NCBI RefSeq assembly: GCF_018977255.1
Contig: NW_024704742.1
Location: 88,352,001 to 88,416,000, forward strand
Origin: Callorhinchus milii
Lineage: Eukaryota
Length of the DNA stretch: 64,000 nt
Reading direction: 5' to 3'
Under the pieces are notes generated by a model. That model made no database searches and was not told where the DNA came from. It worked only from the letters and a program-made list of their open reading frames with translations. Made by a program: the position numbers and the translations under genes. Every line of letters begins with the position of its first letter. Position 1 is the first letter of the stretch. This document shows positions 27,166-39,579 of this stretch, in pieces.

Positions 27166-28710
27166 ATGAAATGTGCTGTACCATGACATGTGCTATACCA
27201 AATGTATAATAATCCTTACATTTGGTATAGCACATTTGATGTGGGGAGGAAGTCCCAAAGTGCTCTACAGGGTATACTGTAAAGTGCGGTTACTGTATAC
27301 TTTGTGGTCGAGTGTGGCAGTGAATTTGCATAATGTCAACAAATAGCCATGGAGTGAGTGACCAATTTTATTTGGTATTTAACAAACATGATATAACAAA
27401 CTACAAATTGCATTAAAATAGCAAGTGACTGGTCTGCCCTCTCACTGGGCAGACCAGTCACTGGGGACAGGGAGTCATCCCACTCAGCTCATGTTAACCC
27501 TGCAAGTCAAAGCTCTAATAGGTAGGGTGGTGCTCGCTGGACAAGCAGCAGGAAAACTTTGCTGGATAGCAATATCAATGGCAAGCAATGTGGTTTTAGC
27601 CTTTAGGAAGATGTCCCAAAGCGCTGGATAGTTGAGAGGTTTCTTGGAGTTGGATTCAAGAGTGGTGGAGGACTGTAATAGGAACAATAAGCATTTAAAT
27701 AGTAGCGAATTGAAATAAAACCTTTGAAAGATAACTTTCAAAAACCTTTCCAGACTGTGAGAACCATTAAATGCAGATATTTCTAACATGTGTCATATCA
27801 AACAAATCTTCTCATCTTTTAACCATATATTTTGTTAAAAAAAGAGATTCGACATTTGGCAAATTATGAATAATAAGAATAATTCTTACATTTCATATAG
27901 CAGCGTCTTTCACGCCTGGAGGACCTCTGAAAGCGTTTTTACAAATTTACTGTAGCATATAGTGAGTGTATTTTGTAGGCAGACATGTAAATTGTATTCC
28001 TGAACACATTCCATTAGTGCTGAGCATAACTAAGGAACACTTTATCGAGAGGAAACTGTGACCAGTTTGGCACTGACTGGCCTCCTGTCTTTTGGTAAAT
28101 GAAAAGACACACCATGCACACAAATGCACTCCTGGCTCGATAAAAAATGCATGATGTTATGCTTTTACTTAAAAGGTGCTGTGTAAATGCAGCTTATTCC
28201 TATTTATTATTAATGGTTTCTCCCATCACGCCCTTCAGAATGCAGGCAATAGCCTTTGGTTCTCAATTAGTGAGAAGTTCTCAGATTCTAACCTCAGGTC
28301 TGAATTATGTGTAGCTAAAGGAGACTGCTAGTGCTTGGCATGTGATTGTTAATCCAGAGGCTCCTAGTATCTGATACATCCAGGTATCCATAGGATGCAA
28401 ATACAATGTTCACTCGCTCCGTAGCTGTTTTGGGGATATTGCTGTGTACAAATTGGTTACTCTGTTCACCCGCAAAATCCAAAGTCACTACACTTCACAG
28501 TATATCCTGTGAAGAGCTTTGAGATATTCTCCCGATGTGAAAGATGCTTTATCAAATATAAAAATAATGATATATTTATTATATTTACAAATCCTTTTGT
28601 GAATTTCAAAAAAAGTTCCCTGTGTCCTTAATATTTGCATGTAAAATTTTCCTCCATTGCAATGACCTTCCCATACATACCAAAACAAAGGATGCATTTT
28701 TGCTGCTACA

Positions 28711-29440
28711 ATCCAGGAACCCAGGTGTCTTGTTCGACCCTCAACTGTCTTTTCTTCCCCACATTCAAGCCATGACCCACTCTGCCTTCCGTCACCTCCG
28801 TAACATCGCCCGACTCCACCACTACCTCACCCCTCAGGCCACTGAAATTCTTGTTCATGCCTTCATCACCTCCAGGCTCGACTATGCAAATGCCCTGCTT
28901 GTCGGCCTTCCCAACTCCTCCCTCCACAGGCTGCAGATAATCCAGAACTCTGCAGCCCGTGTCTTCTCCCTCACCAAACTCCGTGACCCCATCTCCCCCA
29001 CTCTCGCCCGACTCCACTGGCTCCCTATCCTTCAGAGGATCCAGTTCAAGATCCTGGTCCTCACATACAAAGCCCTCCATGGCCTCGCCCCACCCTACCT
29101 CTGCAACCTCCTAACCCCTACCAACCCGCCCGTTCCCTCCGCTCAGCCGGCTCCGGCCGCTCCACTTCCACCGACCCACACACCCCACCATTGGCGGGAG
29201 AGCCTTCAGCCACTCTGCCCCCAACTTCTGGAATTCCATCCCCCAATCACTCCGCCTCACCCCCTCCTTAGCTTCCTTCAAGTCCCACCTCAAGACCTTG
29301 CCATCAGCCACCCCCCTTCCTCTCCCCTCCCTTCCTCCCCCAACCGCAGCTCGGGTCTGAAATGCTGTACACTTTCCAGTGCCTTGGGACGTCCTCCCAA
29401 CGTGAAAGGCGCTGTACAAATGTATCTTGTTGTTGTTTTA
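28711..29440 (+). mobile_element. L2-clade LINE, 5'-truncated: ORF2 C-terminus, 3' UTR and (TTG)n tail
   Basis: RNPGVLFDPQLSFLPHI...LVHAFITSRLDYANALL...LQIIQNSAARV...LARLHWLPILQRIQFKILVLTYKALHGLAPPYL is the typical L2 ORF2 end, with a frameshift after it. The copy ends gccttgggacgtcctcccaacgtgaaaggcgctgtacaaatgtatcttgttgttgtt. Confidence 0.93.
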
Positions 29441-29469
29441 ATCTGGGTTTTCAGTTATTTGCATTATGG

Positions 29470-29975
29470 TAAATAATAAACCTTGCAATTTGCATTACAT
29501 TTTAACATGTCAATGAACTGACTGAAAGGGCTACACAGGATTTACCTCAAAGTATTTGAAGGCGAAAACGACAGCCAATTTGCATGCAGTAATGTTCCAC
29601 AAACAACCATAAAGTGAATGATTACAATTCAACTGGTGGATTGTTGACCAGGATACTGACAAGATCAGCCTCCCTTCTCTGTTTTCGTAGAGCCATGGGA
29701 TCTTTAACATCTACTGAACAGGCAGATAGGACCTCAGCTTAATATCTAATCTGACGTAACAGTGGCTATTTGAGAGGGGAGTTTCTCCTGGTGTCCTGGC
29801 CAACAATCCTTCAGATCAAATTGGTCATTTCCTTCATGGCTGTTTGTGGGAAATGGCGGTGTGCAAATCAGCTGCTGTGTCCACTTACAAACACACAGTT
29901 ATTACACTTCACAGAAACTTTATGAAGCACTTTGAGATGGTCTTGACATTATAGGCACAATACCATACACAAGAC
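29470..29975. mobile_element. Two truncated family B SINEs, divergent (minus 29470-29750; plus 29775-29975)
   Basis: Deu core and tail on opposite strands. Confidence 0.75.
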
Positions 29976-30834
29976 TCTAAGCAATAGAGTCTATGTGTTT
30001 CTATGAAAAATCTGGAGAAAGAAAAATTCACAGTGCAATTAGGCAGTACACTTCAACTTCTGTTTCTTGATATATTCAGTAGTAATTTTTTTCATAGAGT
30101 GCATTCTAACCATTATTCTATAACTTTTTAATATAAAAGAAATGACACTTTGATTGTCATCATTGTTGAATCTATTGCTTTTAGTGCCTTCTACAGAAGA
30201 AAGAAGCTCAGAGAAAGTCTAGTATATCAGAGCATTGTATTTACCTGTGCAGATGGTAAGTATTAATAGGAATAAGTATTCTTTGATTCTGCAGCCAAAA
30301 ATGTTAAATCTTTCTTGTACAGTAACGTGAAATATCAGGGGATTAGAAGAATGTTATGGCTATATTCAATGTAATTCAACAGCATTCTGTAAAACCTATT
30401 AAAAATTAAATGCTTAAAATTCTATAGCGACAGTGAACTCAGGTCAGTTGCCTGGAGAGTTTCCCCTTGAAATGATATTTAAATTTGGATGAAAAAGTCA
30501 CAAGGGACACAATTTGATAGTAAAATGGTTTGTGGCAGGATGTCTAATGATAACCTAACAGAAATGACCCTTTGTCGCGAGCGTCGTAAACTCCTTTGAA
30601 GCGGAATTCATGCGCGACAAACAGTTTAAGTTGACAATGTTTCATTAGCAATGTCAATGCGCAACTGGGTATAGCATATTTTATTAAGAAAAAAGCTGAA
30701 TTATTGATTTTTTTTCTCTAGATATACGTTTTTAGTGCTCAAGATGAAGTTGGGATGAACACATATCTGGGAGTGATTAATGTGAAGTGAACAACTCTCA
30801 TAAACCTGTTATTTTTTTCATAACTTTTATGAAT

Positions 30835-31055
30835 AGCCTCACCACATCCCTACCTCTGTGACCTCCTGCATTCATTACTGCCTCTGTTGTTTTCTCCGCT
30901 TAGCAAACACTAGCCTGCTTCACGTCCCTCACCCAATCTGCCCCACCAGTGGAGGTGAGTCCTTAGCAGTTCTGCCCCTACTCTCCGGAACTCCATCCCA
31001 GAGACCTTCTGCCTCTAACCTCCCTTAAGATCCCGCCTTAAGATCTATTTATTTC
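30835..31055 (+). mobile_element. Degenerate L2 3' fragment
   Basis: Similar to 29085-29300 (ccctacctctgtgacctcc...ggaactccatccc). Confidence 0.6.
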
Positions 31056-31084
31056 ACTGCACAAGGGCCCCCTTTCCACCTCGC

Positions 31085-31430
31085 TTTACTGTCAAATGCA
31101 GTGACTGTATTTTGTGGGCAAACAAGGCATCTAATTTGCACAGCACAATGCCACCAAAAGCCATCAAGTGATTGATCAATTTTATTTGGGGGATTGTTGC
31201 CGAGGACACCAGGAGGAACTCCTTTCTCTTTTCAAATAGTGTCTTGGGATATTTACCATCCACCTGACCAGGCAGTAGCTTCAACGTTTCCAAAGGATGA
31301 CACCTCTGGCAATGCAGCACACCCCCAGTATTGTATTAGACTACGGGAGTTCAAAGTCCTGGCTTGGAATTTGAACCCACAACCACCTGACTCAGACGTG
31401 AGAATGCTACCAACTGAGCCAGGTTGACAA
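31085..31430 (-). mobile_element. SINE family B
   Basis: Ends ..caactgagccaggttgaca (head). Confidence 0.85.
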
Positions 31431-31939
31431 ACAACAGATACAGCTGCAGATACAGTGAGTGGTTCTTCTTTATCTGCTACGGCTTTCTATTTAGTCCTGA
31501 ATCAACCACCAGCGCCACTTAATCAACAGGGAAGTGGGCAAAATAAGTGGAGATCAACATGACCAAGGAGAAGCAGTAGAGACATAATGGTAACTACAAG
31601 TACGCATCACTATCAGCATATGGATAAAAATACAATGTGTTAAGCAAATCACACAATGTGAAAAGAAATAGCAAATATTTGCAAATTAACAAGAACAACA
31701 ACTTTCATTTATACAGCACAGGGCAGCGTCTCGGAGCGCTTAATCATTACAAGATATCAGCTTTAGGAACCACTGTAAATCACTTTGGCAAATACAGAAT
31801 CTGATCAGTCCACTGCAAAATAAAATAAGGTAATATTACTGCCTCTAATGTCCACTTTACTGAATGGCTGGTTTGGTCAGTGAGACAGGGAAACCTGTTG
31901 ATTAACTTGCGTCCCTGACTGTCCTTCCTTCACATCATA

Positions 31940-32345
31940 GTGTTAGTCTGGCTTAGTCGGTGGCTCCCTTGCCTCTGAGTCAGAAGGTTGTGGGTTCAAG
32001 GCCCATGTTGCGACATGATAGTCCAGGCTGACACTCCACTGTGTAGTCGGGGATGCTATCCTTCAGATGAGAAGTGAAACCAAGGTTCAATCTGCCTGTT
32101 CAGGTGGATGTTAAAGATCCCATGGCACTGTTTGAAACGAGAAGGTAGTTTCTCCTGGTGTTTTAACCAACTCCTCCAAATAAAATTGGTCATTCACTTC
32201 ATGGACATTCGTTAATAGGTAAATTGACTGCTGCATTCAACTACAAATTACACAGTCAATTCACTTTACAGTAATCCTGTGTTGCGCTTCAAGATGTCTC
32301 AATAGTGTGTTAAGGAACTATATCAAGATGTGAGGATTATTATTA
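31940..32345 (+). mobile_element. SINE family B, full length
   Basis: Head, Deu core and ggattattatta tail. Confidence 0.88.
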
Positions 32346-33079
32346 AATGATTATTTTTATTCTGATGGCTGGACTTCAATAACCTTGGCCAGGCACGAAG
32401 TCTAGCATTTGCTTCTCGGTCACCTGAGCACAGTTGAATCTGTGTTGCCCTCAGGCCGGGCTCATTCCTGGGACCATTGCTGACTGAGCCCCGGACACTC
32501 TCTGTGCTCTTGCACTCTCTTGTCCATAGTTTCCGTCATATGCATATGGAAGGCAGATGAACAGCCCTCAAACCATGATAAATTCCTCATTCCATTCTTG
32601 CAGCCAAATCTCCAACTCCCAGGCTAATGCTGCGCAACACTTCACTAAGATCATCTCTGAATTAACCTCATCTATCTCCACCAGTGCTGCAGACATGTTT
32701 GACATGAGGCATTTTTCACTCTGTCCTTTCACAAGGTCTTCTACCTCAATTCTACCTCTTTGCGGCAAGAATCATTTTATGTGGAAATCTTTCAAATTAG
32801 GGACATCTGGCAGGATGTTAAAAATGGTGTTAAAGCTCCTCCATTGACCTGCTGGGTAAAGGCAATGTCAGGTGCAGCTGCAAGCCACTCAGAGCAGAAA
32901 GTCATAGCCTCACACATGGTTCACTAATATCAATCAGTGCAGTAGTTGTGGATTGGGCACCCCTATACCCGGCAGAGAAAGATGCTCATGAATCTCCGGC
33001 TAGATGGTGTGTGTGAATGTTAGTGAGGATAGGATCAGGCTCTATTGGATTCCCCCTAGTTTTTTTTTGATGGAGGGGG

Positions 33080-33295
33080 GTCAGCCAGCTGTCCGATACA
33101 TGTGGAAACCAATCACCATGCTTAAGGGTATCAAAAACAAAAAGCGAATTCTGTGCATCCCGGCTACTTTGGAAATTCCAGAGATGTTTATTGGAATGGA
33201 ATGCGGACTCTCTCCCTGGAGGGACTCATCCAGCTTACGTAATTCTAGAAAGTATTAGGCGCAGGTTAGCAGGAGCCAAGGCTTGGGGTCCCCAG
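33080..33295. repeat. Copy of the same unassigned dispersed repeat (opposite orientation), nested in an older SINE-like remnant
   Basis: Reverse complement of 21580-21775. Confidence 0.75.
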
Positions 33296-35909
33296 AGTGT
33301 GCGTTGGGGTAACTGCTGAATTTTAAACATATCCCCAGAGATTGAGTAGTCTGCCAACACTCACAGTCGTGTCTCACTCATGAATAATGTACAGGTGAGT
33401 GAGGTAGTGGAGGCCACATGAGACTGTACACCAGAATCAGGGACAAGAAAGGAGTTAAGCACCTTCAGTAAAGAAAGAGAAGAGGGGGGAACATTGCAGC
33501 GAAAATGTATTGGCAGCCCTCCCCCCAACTTTCAATGCAATAGAAAATAGTATAAAGACTCAACGCAATAAGGTAAGAGTATTTTTATTTCTGGTTGACA
33601 CTCATAGAATGCTTTCTCCTTTTTCACAGACCCATGATGCATGTATTTTGAGACATGGAAACGCATCATTACATGACTGAGTGTGACTTTGCCATGTCAA
33701 AGATGAGATCCAAGTCTTACGCAACCCCCGCCCTCTCTCTCTCTCCACATGATAAAGTATGCCAGACATGTTCTTCTATATAAAAGACAGCACCCTCTTT
33801 TAAACCTTCCTGGTCATTCCTGCTACAATTCATCACTGTTCCTTGTACACAGTAAAACTGTGTTTTAAAAATATGTAAAATCTGGTTCTGATTTTCCACG
33901 AAACGCACAATATAAAACAAGGCTAGTTGCTCAGGTATTCCAGATCACATGCCACCTCATGGGAAATGAAATTAGAATTATTGAATGACAGATCTTAAAT
34001 TGTGCTTTCTGAAGTAAAATGGTTTCTGGCAGGTATCCTTACACAGCACTGCCAGTGGGACATCTGGAGAGGATTTCTCTCCTCTGTTATAATTTTTTTC
34101 TCTTCCCCCATCCTTCCAGCAAATGTCATTCAAAAATTTCTGAAGATCATACTTCTATCATACCTTTAAAGGTCTGATATACCAGACGCCTCTTGGGATA
34201 CATGTCAATGGCTCTGAATCGTTTCTTCTCAGACATGGCTAAGCTTCCCCAGATGTCACAGAACAGCATGTTTTTTTTGTTTCAGTTTCTAGAAGTAAAG
34301 ACGTTACCTTTCATCGCATTCATTCAGAATGATAGGACATCAGGCCGAAACATCTGACCAGAGGAAGCCTTGTTTTTGTTTTTGTTTCTGTATGCGAATC
34401 AAAGTTAGGAAGCGGTGTGGGGAGTGTGAGGGGTGAGGGGAAGAGAAATAATAAGTTTTGTTTCTTTCAACTGGGACGATTGGATCTAGATTCAGAGCAA
34501 AATGTTTTGATTAGTATAGCGGCTGCTATTTATCACGATTCACCAACATGAAACCTCATTGGCCATGTAAATCAAATTCGGACTGTGAAATGCTGTTTTC
34601 TAGAACTGAACATTATTGGCTGGTACTCTAGACGGACACTTAGAGAAGCCTTGTATTTCGATGAGGAGAGTAACACAATACAAAAAAACAAAACATGAGT
34701 GACTAGACATAATTCCATCCATATGGATAAAAATTAGATTGCCCTCCGATTTACTAAACATAGTTTTTATGACTGTTTATGAAAAAAATTTAAAGAGAAA
34801 TTCCATTCTAATTCAAATCATGAGTACGTTTTGCTTCTGGCTGTACAATGTTACCAGTGCCAGATATATGAAGGATGAGCAAAGAACTAAAATACGATTG
34901 GGCTTTTAAATGCTCTTCATGGTTTCTACCTATTTGTAACATAGACTGGCATTGTTGTTACAGTGCTGCCCTTTGCTATCTGTGTTTTGCCCACAAAATA
35001 TACAGTCAATTCACTTTACAGTATATTCTGTGAAGCACTTTGAGACATTCAACGACGTGATAAGTTGCTATATCAAATGCAAAGCTTATTATTATTAAGT
35101 GCCTTGGGCTCAAATCCTGCACGGAAAATCTCCTCCTTCACTGAAGTGAATACCCGAAGGGAAATCAACGTGAAAAGTCTCAACACGGCTTGTTCCACCT
35201 ACAGCTACAGAGGATAACTTAACCCTAAAGTGGAACAAGCCTCAGCACAAATCGAGACAATCCTGCACTGATCTCTGGACCTAGCAAACCTTAAGGGGTC
35301 AAAATTGCAAAGTGTGACGTGCTAATGTGTTAACTGAACAAAGAATGGAATTAAGACGATATTATCCCACGGACAGGCACTCTAATTGTGCAATGGCAGT
35401 TTTGGGGCCTAACCATGGTCACAGAATCATAGAGCTGTCTTTCGCTATCAATTGTCTGGAGCGCATTTATTAACAATGGATATTTAGCATCCGTGAGCAT
35501 TAACTTACCACACTTGGTAATTTTAACCGCTTTGTTTCTCGTATACATAAAGAGAAATCACACCACAAACCTGAATGAGGCTTTCAGTACATTTAGTGAT
35601 CAGTATTTGATACACCCCGTTATAGCAGTCTCATCCAGGTGGCCTGTTAGATTAAGCAATGTAAAGGATAAAAAGATACTCCAGAGTGATCTGCAACTGA
35701 GATTTTGGGCTATTAGGGACTTTAAAGGCTACAAAGAGCAATCCTTTGCACTTATAATTAATTCCTCCTCAAGCACATCTCAAGATTTAAGCGCTCTGAG
35801 ATGCCACCGGAGTGAAGATGTTGTTGTTGTTGTTGTTGCTGTTCGCTTACTGTACTTTTGGTTACCACCAGAAGGAGATTTTCAGTGCAGGATTTGAGCC
35901 CAAGGCATT

Positions 35910-36269
35910 TAATAATAATAATAATAATCCTTGCATTTGATGCAGAACCTTATCACGTCGTTGAGACCTCTCAGAGCACTTCACAGGATATACTGTAAAG
36001 TACAGTGGCTGTTTATTTTGTGGGTGAAATGAGACAGAAAATTGTGCCCAGCAGTGACCCACAAACAGTCGTGCATTGAGTGACCACATTATTTTTAATG
36101 GAAGGGATTATTAGCCCCGGAAAGCGATCCACCGATCAACTAACAAGTGGGTTCCTGCTTGTGAGTGAGTAAGGAAACTTGTTTACAGTTTTGTCCCGCC
36201 CAGGAATCGAACCTGGGTCCTCTTGCTTGCGAGGCGAGCCTGCTGACCACTACGCTGCAGGACTCCACG
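35910..36269 (-). mobile_element. SINE family A
   Basis: Same head, core and tail, with a small core deletion. Confidence 0.88.
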
Positions 36270-39200
36270 TTGTCAAAGAGACGAATTTTGCCTCGTCTCT
36301 CACTCCATCCAAGTTAAGATGTTTCACCGAACATAGTGACAGAACTTTATCTGCCGTGAAAATGATGGCGCATACTTACACACACTAACACACACACACC
36401 GATCCCTCTGGGACGTCTAAATACAGTTAAATACTTAAACAAGGGAGGCAATGGGAAGAGTTAAATGGCGATTGATAATGGTAATAATCCTTGTGTTTAA
36501 TACCATGCCTTATCATGTCTTTGAGACATCTCAAAGCGCTCCACAGAATATATTATGATAGTAATACAAAGACATTTGCTACACATTTAATCTGTCCCAC
36601 GCTGTGTTTGGTTCATCTGGAAGTGCAGTGTTGTTGTGGTAATATAAAAAAAGCTTCACAATTAATCTAACCCATTCTATACTCAATTCTGTGGGACGCA
36701 ATGTGGAAACTGTTTCCTTTCCCAGTATAGTCAACCCCAGCATTGATCAGTGTGAATGCATGCACACCATCTCAACATCACCCTGCCTTATGTTACAACA
36801 GCTCAAAGCAAATTCTTCATTGTAACGCTGGAATAATTTCAGATAAATATTTGGATTGAACGATGATTGATAGTCTCAGAAAATATTTGTGGCATTTGCA
36901 TTTTTCATCTCGTATTATTCAAAAGGAAATAAAAACAATCTGTGGGCAGAATGGTCTGCTTTGCCAACATTCCTCAATGAGCACACAATAAATGGGCCAG
37001 CCTCAAGTGCTATTGAGCAGCCTGTGTGATAAGACAGATGACACTAGTGGATCGGATGTGGGAAAGCTCAAGATGGCTCAGTCTGTATGTGAGCCTAGCT
37101 CCAACCACACATCATGATGTGATGCCCGTAATATTTCTATTTGCATTTCACACAGATTATCAGAACATTGTGAATCAATTACACGATGTGAGTGTCCGTG
37201 GGCATGTGTCAAAAGAATTCCCAATGACATCACCAGAAACAGCCTACAATCCACTCAGTCAGTTTAATTCCTTTTTAAATTAACTTAAAAAACATTTGTC
37301 CACAAAATACACAGTCAATCAACTTTACAATATGTTCTCTGAAGGGCTTTGAGCTGTCTCAACAATGTGATAAGGCGCTATAACAAATATCAAATATCAA
37401 ATGCAAAGATTATTATTTAATTCTTACTTAAAATTAAAATTTGATCTAACTTTTCAGGGAATTTTACAGCACAGCCAGTCACTCCAGTGTGTGTGTGTGT
37501 CAGCTTCCTGTAAGAGTTATGCCCCACTCACTTGCCTTCCCCCAACTCCCTCTCATACCCTTTCATGCTTTTCCTTTTCAAATATTTGTCTTTGAACCAT
37601 TCAAGTTTAATTGGGCTTCAAACAGAATGTTGGTAAAGCTGTGGAACATGTTCAGTTTTTTTCAGCCTTCAGGATCTTGTTAGTTCAATTCGAGTCTCCT
37701 GTGTGCCTTCCCTTCCTCAGTGGTAACATTCACAACTCTCATTGCCTCTCCTCACAACTCAGCTGCCTAATTTCAACTATCAATTTACTTGCCCTGGTCT
37801 CTGCCTTCACCATTATGACTATGTCCCTCCTGTACAAGGAAATAGGTGCGTAAGAATATACAGCACCGGAAAAGTCCACTCCGTCCAATCCAACCAGCTG
37901 GCCACCCCTCAATCTATTTCTTTGTCAAGTAGGTATCTGATTTCCTTTTTGTTTAAAATGTTTTCTCTGTCATTGAATGGTAACCTCCACTCCTGTGGTG
38001 AAGACCCTCAAGAGGTTACAAGATCGGTTTGGATGAAGAAGGCCCTTTGGACCATTCAATCTCATCCACCCAGAACACTCACACTACCGTCTCATCCTTA
38101 ACAACATCAAACTGGTTTTTAAATGAGTCCAGTATCCTGAGCATTACCACCTTTCATGGTAACCTGTTCCAGTTGTTATTTACCCTCTGAGTAGAGAAAA
38201 ATATCCTGGTATTTGTCCTGAAATTGCCCTTTGCAACTCTAAATGCATGTCCTCTTGTTCTACTGCCTTGGTGCATCCTAAAGTATTACTCTTTTTCATT
38301 CCCATTAAAAGTGTTATTTTGCTCTCAGTTCAGTTCCTCTGCACAACCAAGAGGAGTCTGAGAGTGGTAATCTGGTGATTACCCACCACTCCATATTGCA
38401 TTTGGTCCACCTTGCACAGGTTGCTAAACACAGCAATCATTTAGCTACAACTTGGAATTGCAACCACCATTATATCAATGCAGAATCCAAGCCTAATGGT
38501 TTCCTGTTGCTTATTCATTAAGCTAGAATGTCATAATGTTTTGTGCAGCCTTAGCCCTTACAACATAACGTACAAACAGCATCACTGAGGTTAGCAAATA
38601 ACCAGGCCCTCTCCAGTGCCATATTCAATGGTCACACCTAGAAGAAACGCATGTCATTGATTAGACTTCCAGCTCACACATCATTGCATTGGACTGCCAA
38701 TGAACGGGACACGGGATGGTTTGGTTCAGTGATTCACACTCTAGCAGTCCAAGCCATAATGTTGATGGATTCTTGGCATAAACATTGAAAGGCATGTTGA
38801 GGAAGAGGGCCAACCAGTCAGGATGTTAATTATCATCAGGGTGTCTTTTTAGTGTGCGTGTTAATTAGTATATCACGATAGTGCAATACTCATTCCTTTG
38901 TCTTTTTGACCCAACCTGATTAGACTATTTGGAGGAAAATAAAACTGAACCCATAGACTCTGCAATAATAGCATCAATTAACAATACATAGAGGAAGAGA
39001 GGAAAGCTACATGGTGGAGAGGAAGAAGGTTCCATCCGCTCTGAAAGAAAAGGTTGAATCCAAAAGCAGTGTCCTGTATATGGTGAAATCTACCATGAGC
39101 CAATCATTAAAACCAGTTATAACATATTTACAAATATTTATGAAAGGATTTCCCATGATAAACATGCAATGAAAAGATTGATAGTGCTTGTGATCAGGAC

Positions 39201-39579
39201 ACAACGGATAGATCTCTGTGTCATACTCTGTATGAGACATCCCAGAAACACATCAGAAAGAGAAACTCAATGACTCTTATTGTTCAGAGCAGAACGGGAT
39301 CAGTTGGCTGTTAGTTCCTTTCAACCTAAGCGGACATGGAAATCAATATCGGTGGTGGTATGAGGAGACCCACAACATGATACAGCCAGCTCGCTGCTAT
39401 TCTGGGAACCTTGCTTTGATGGGAGTGATGGAAAGATTGTATAACTATGTGGCTAACTCTCTCTTTGCTCTCAAGATTGACTGGCTGAGCGAAGCATCTG
39501 TATAAACACCGAGTGGTGATTGCAAACTGTCAAGTGGATAAAGATCGTGCAGAGAGAAAGCGCCGCTTTGGGCACTTAC

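Noticed and set aside
28622..29476. 284-aa ORF as a host gene
   Set aside because: It is a truncated, frameshifted L2 ORF2 C-terminus with no RT catalytic core.
32557..32847. Opposite-strand ORFs of 66-96 aa
   Set aside because: No recognisable family; possibly a decayed transposon, but I cannot support a call.
1..39579. Next GLIS3 exon (FEGC..KAFSRLENLKIHLRSHTGEKP)
   Set aside because: Not found in the ORF track or by eye. It probably lies beyond the window, although a short exon could be missed without TBLASTN.
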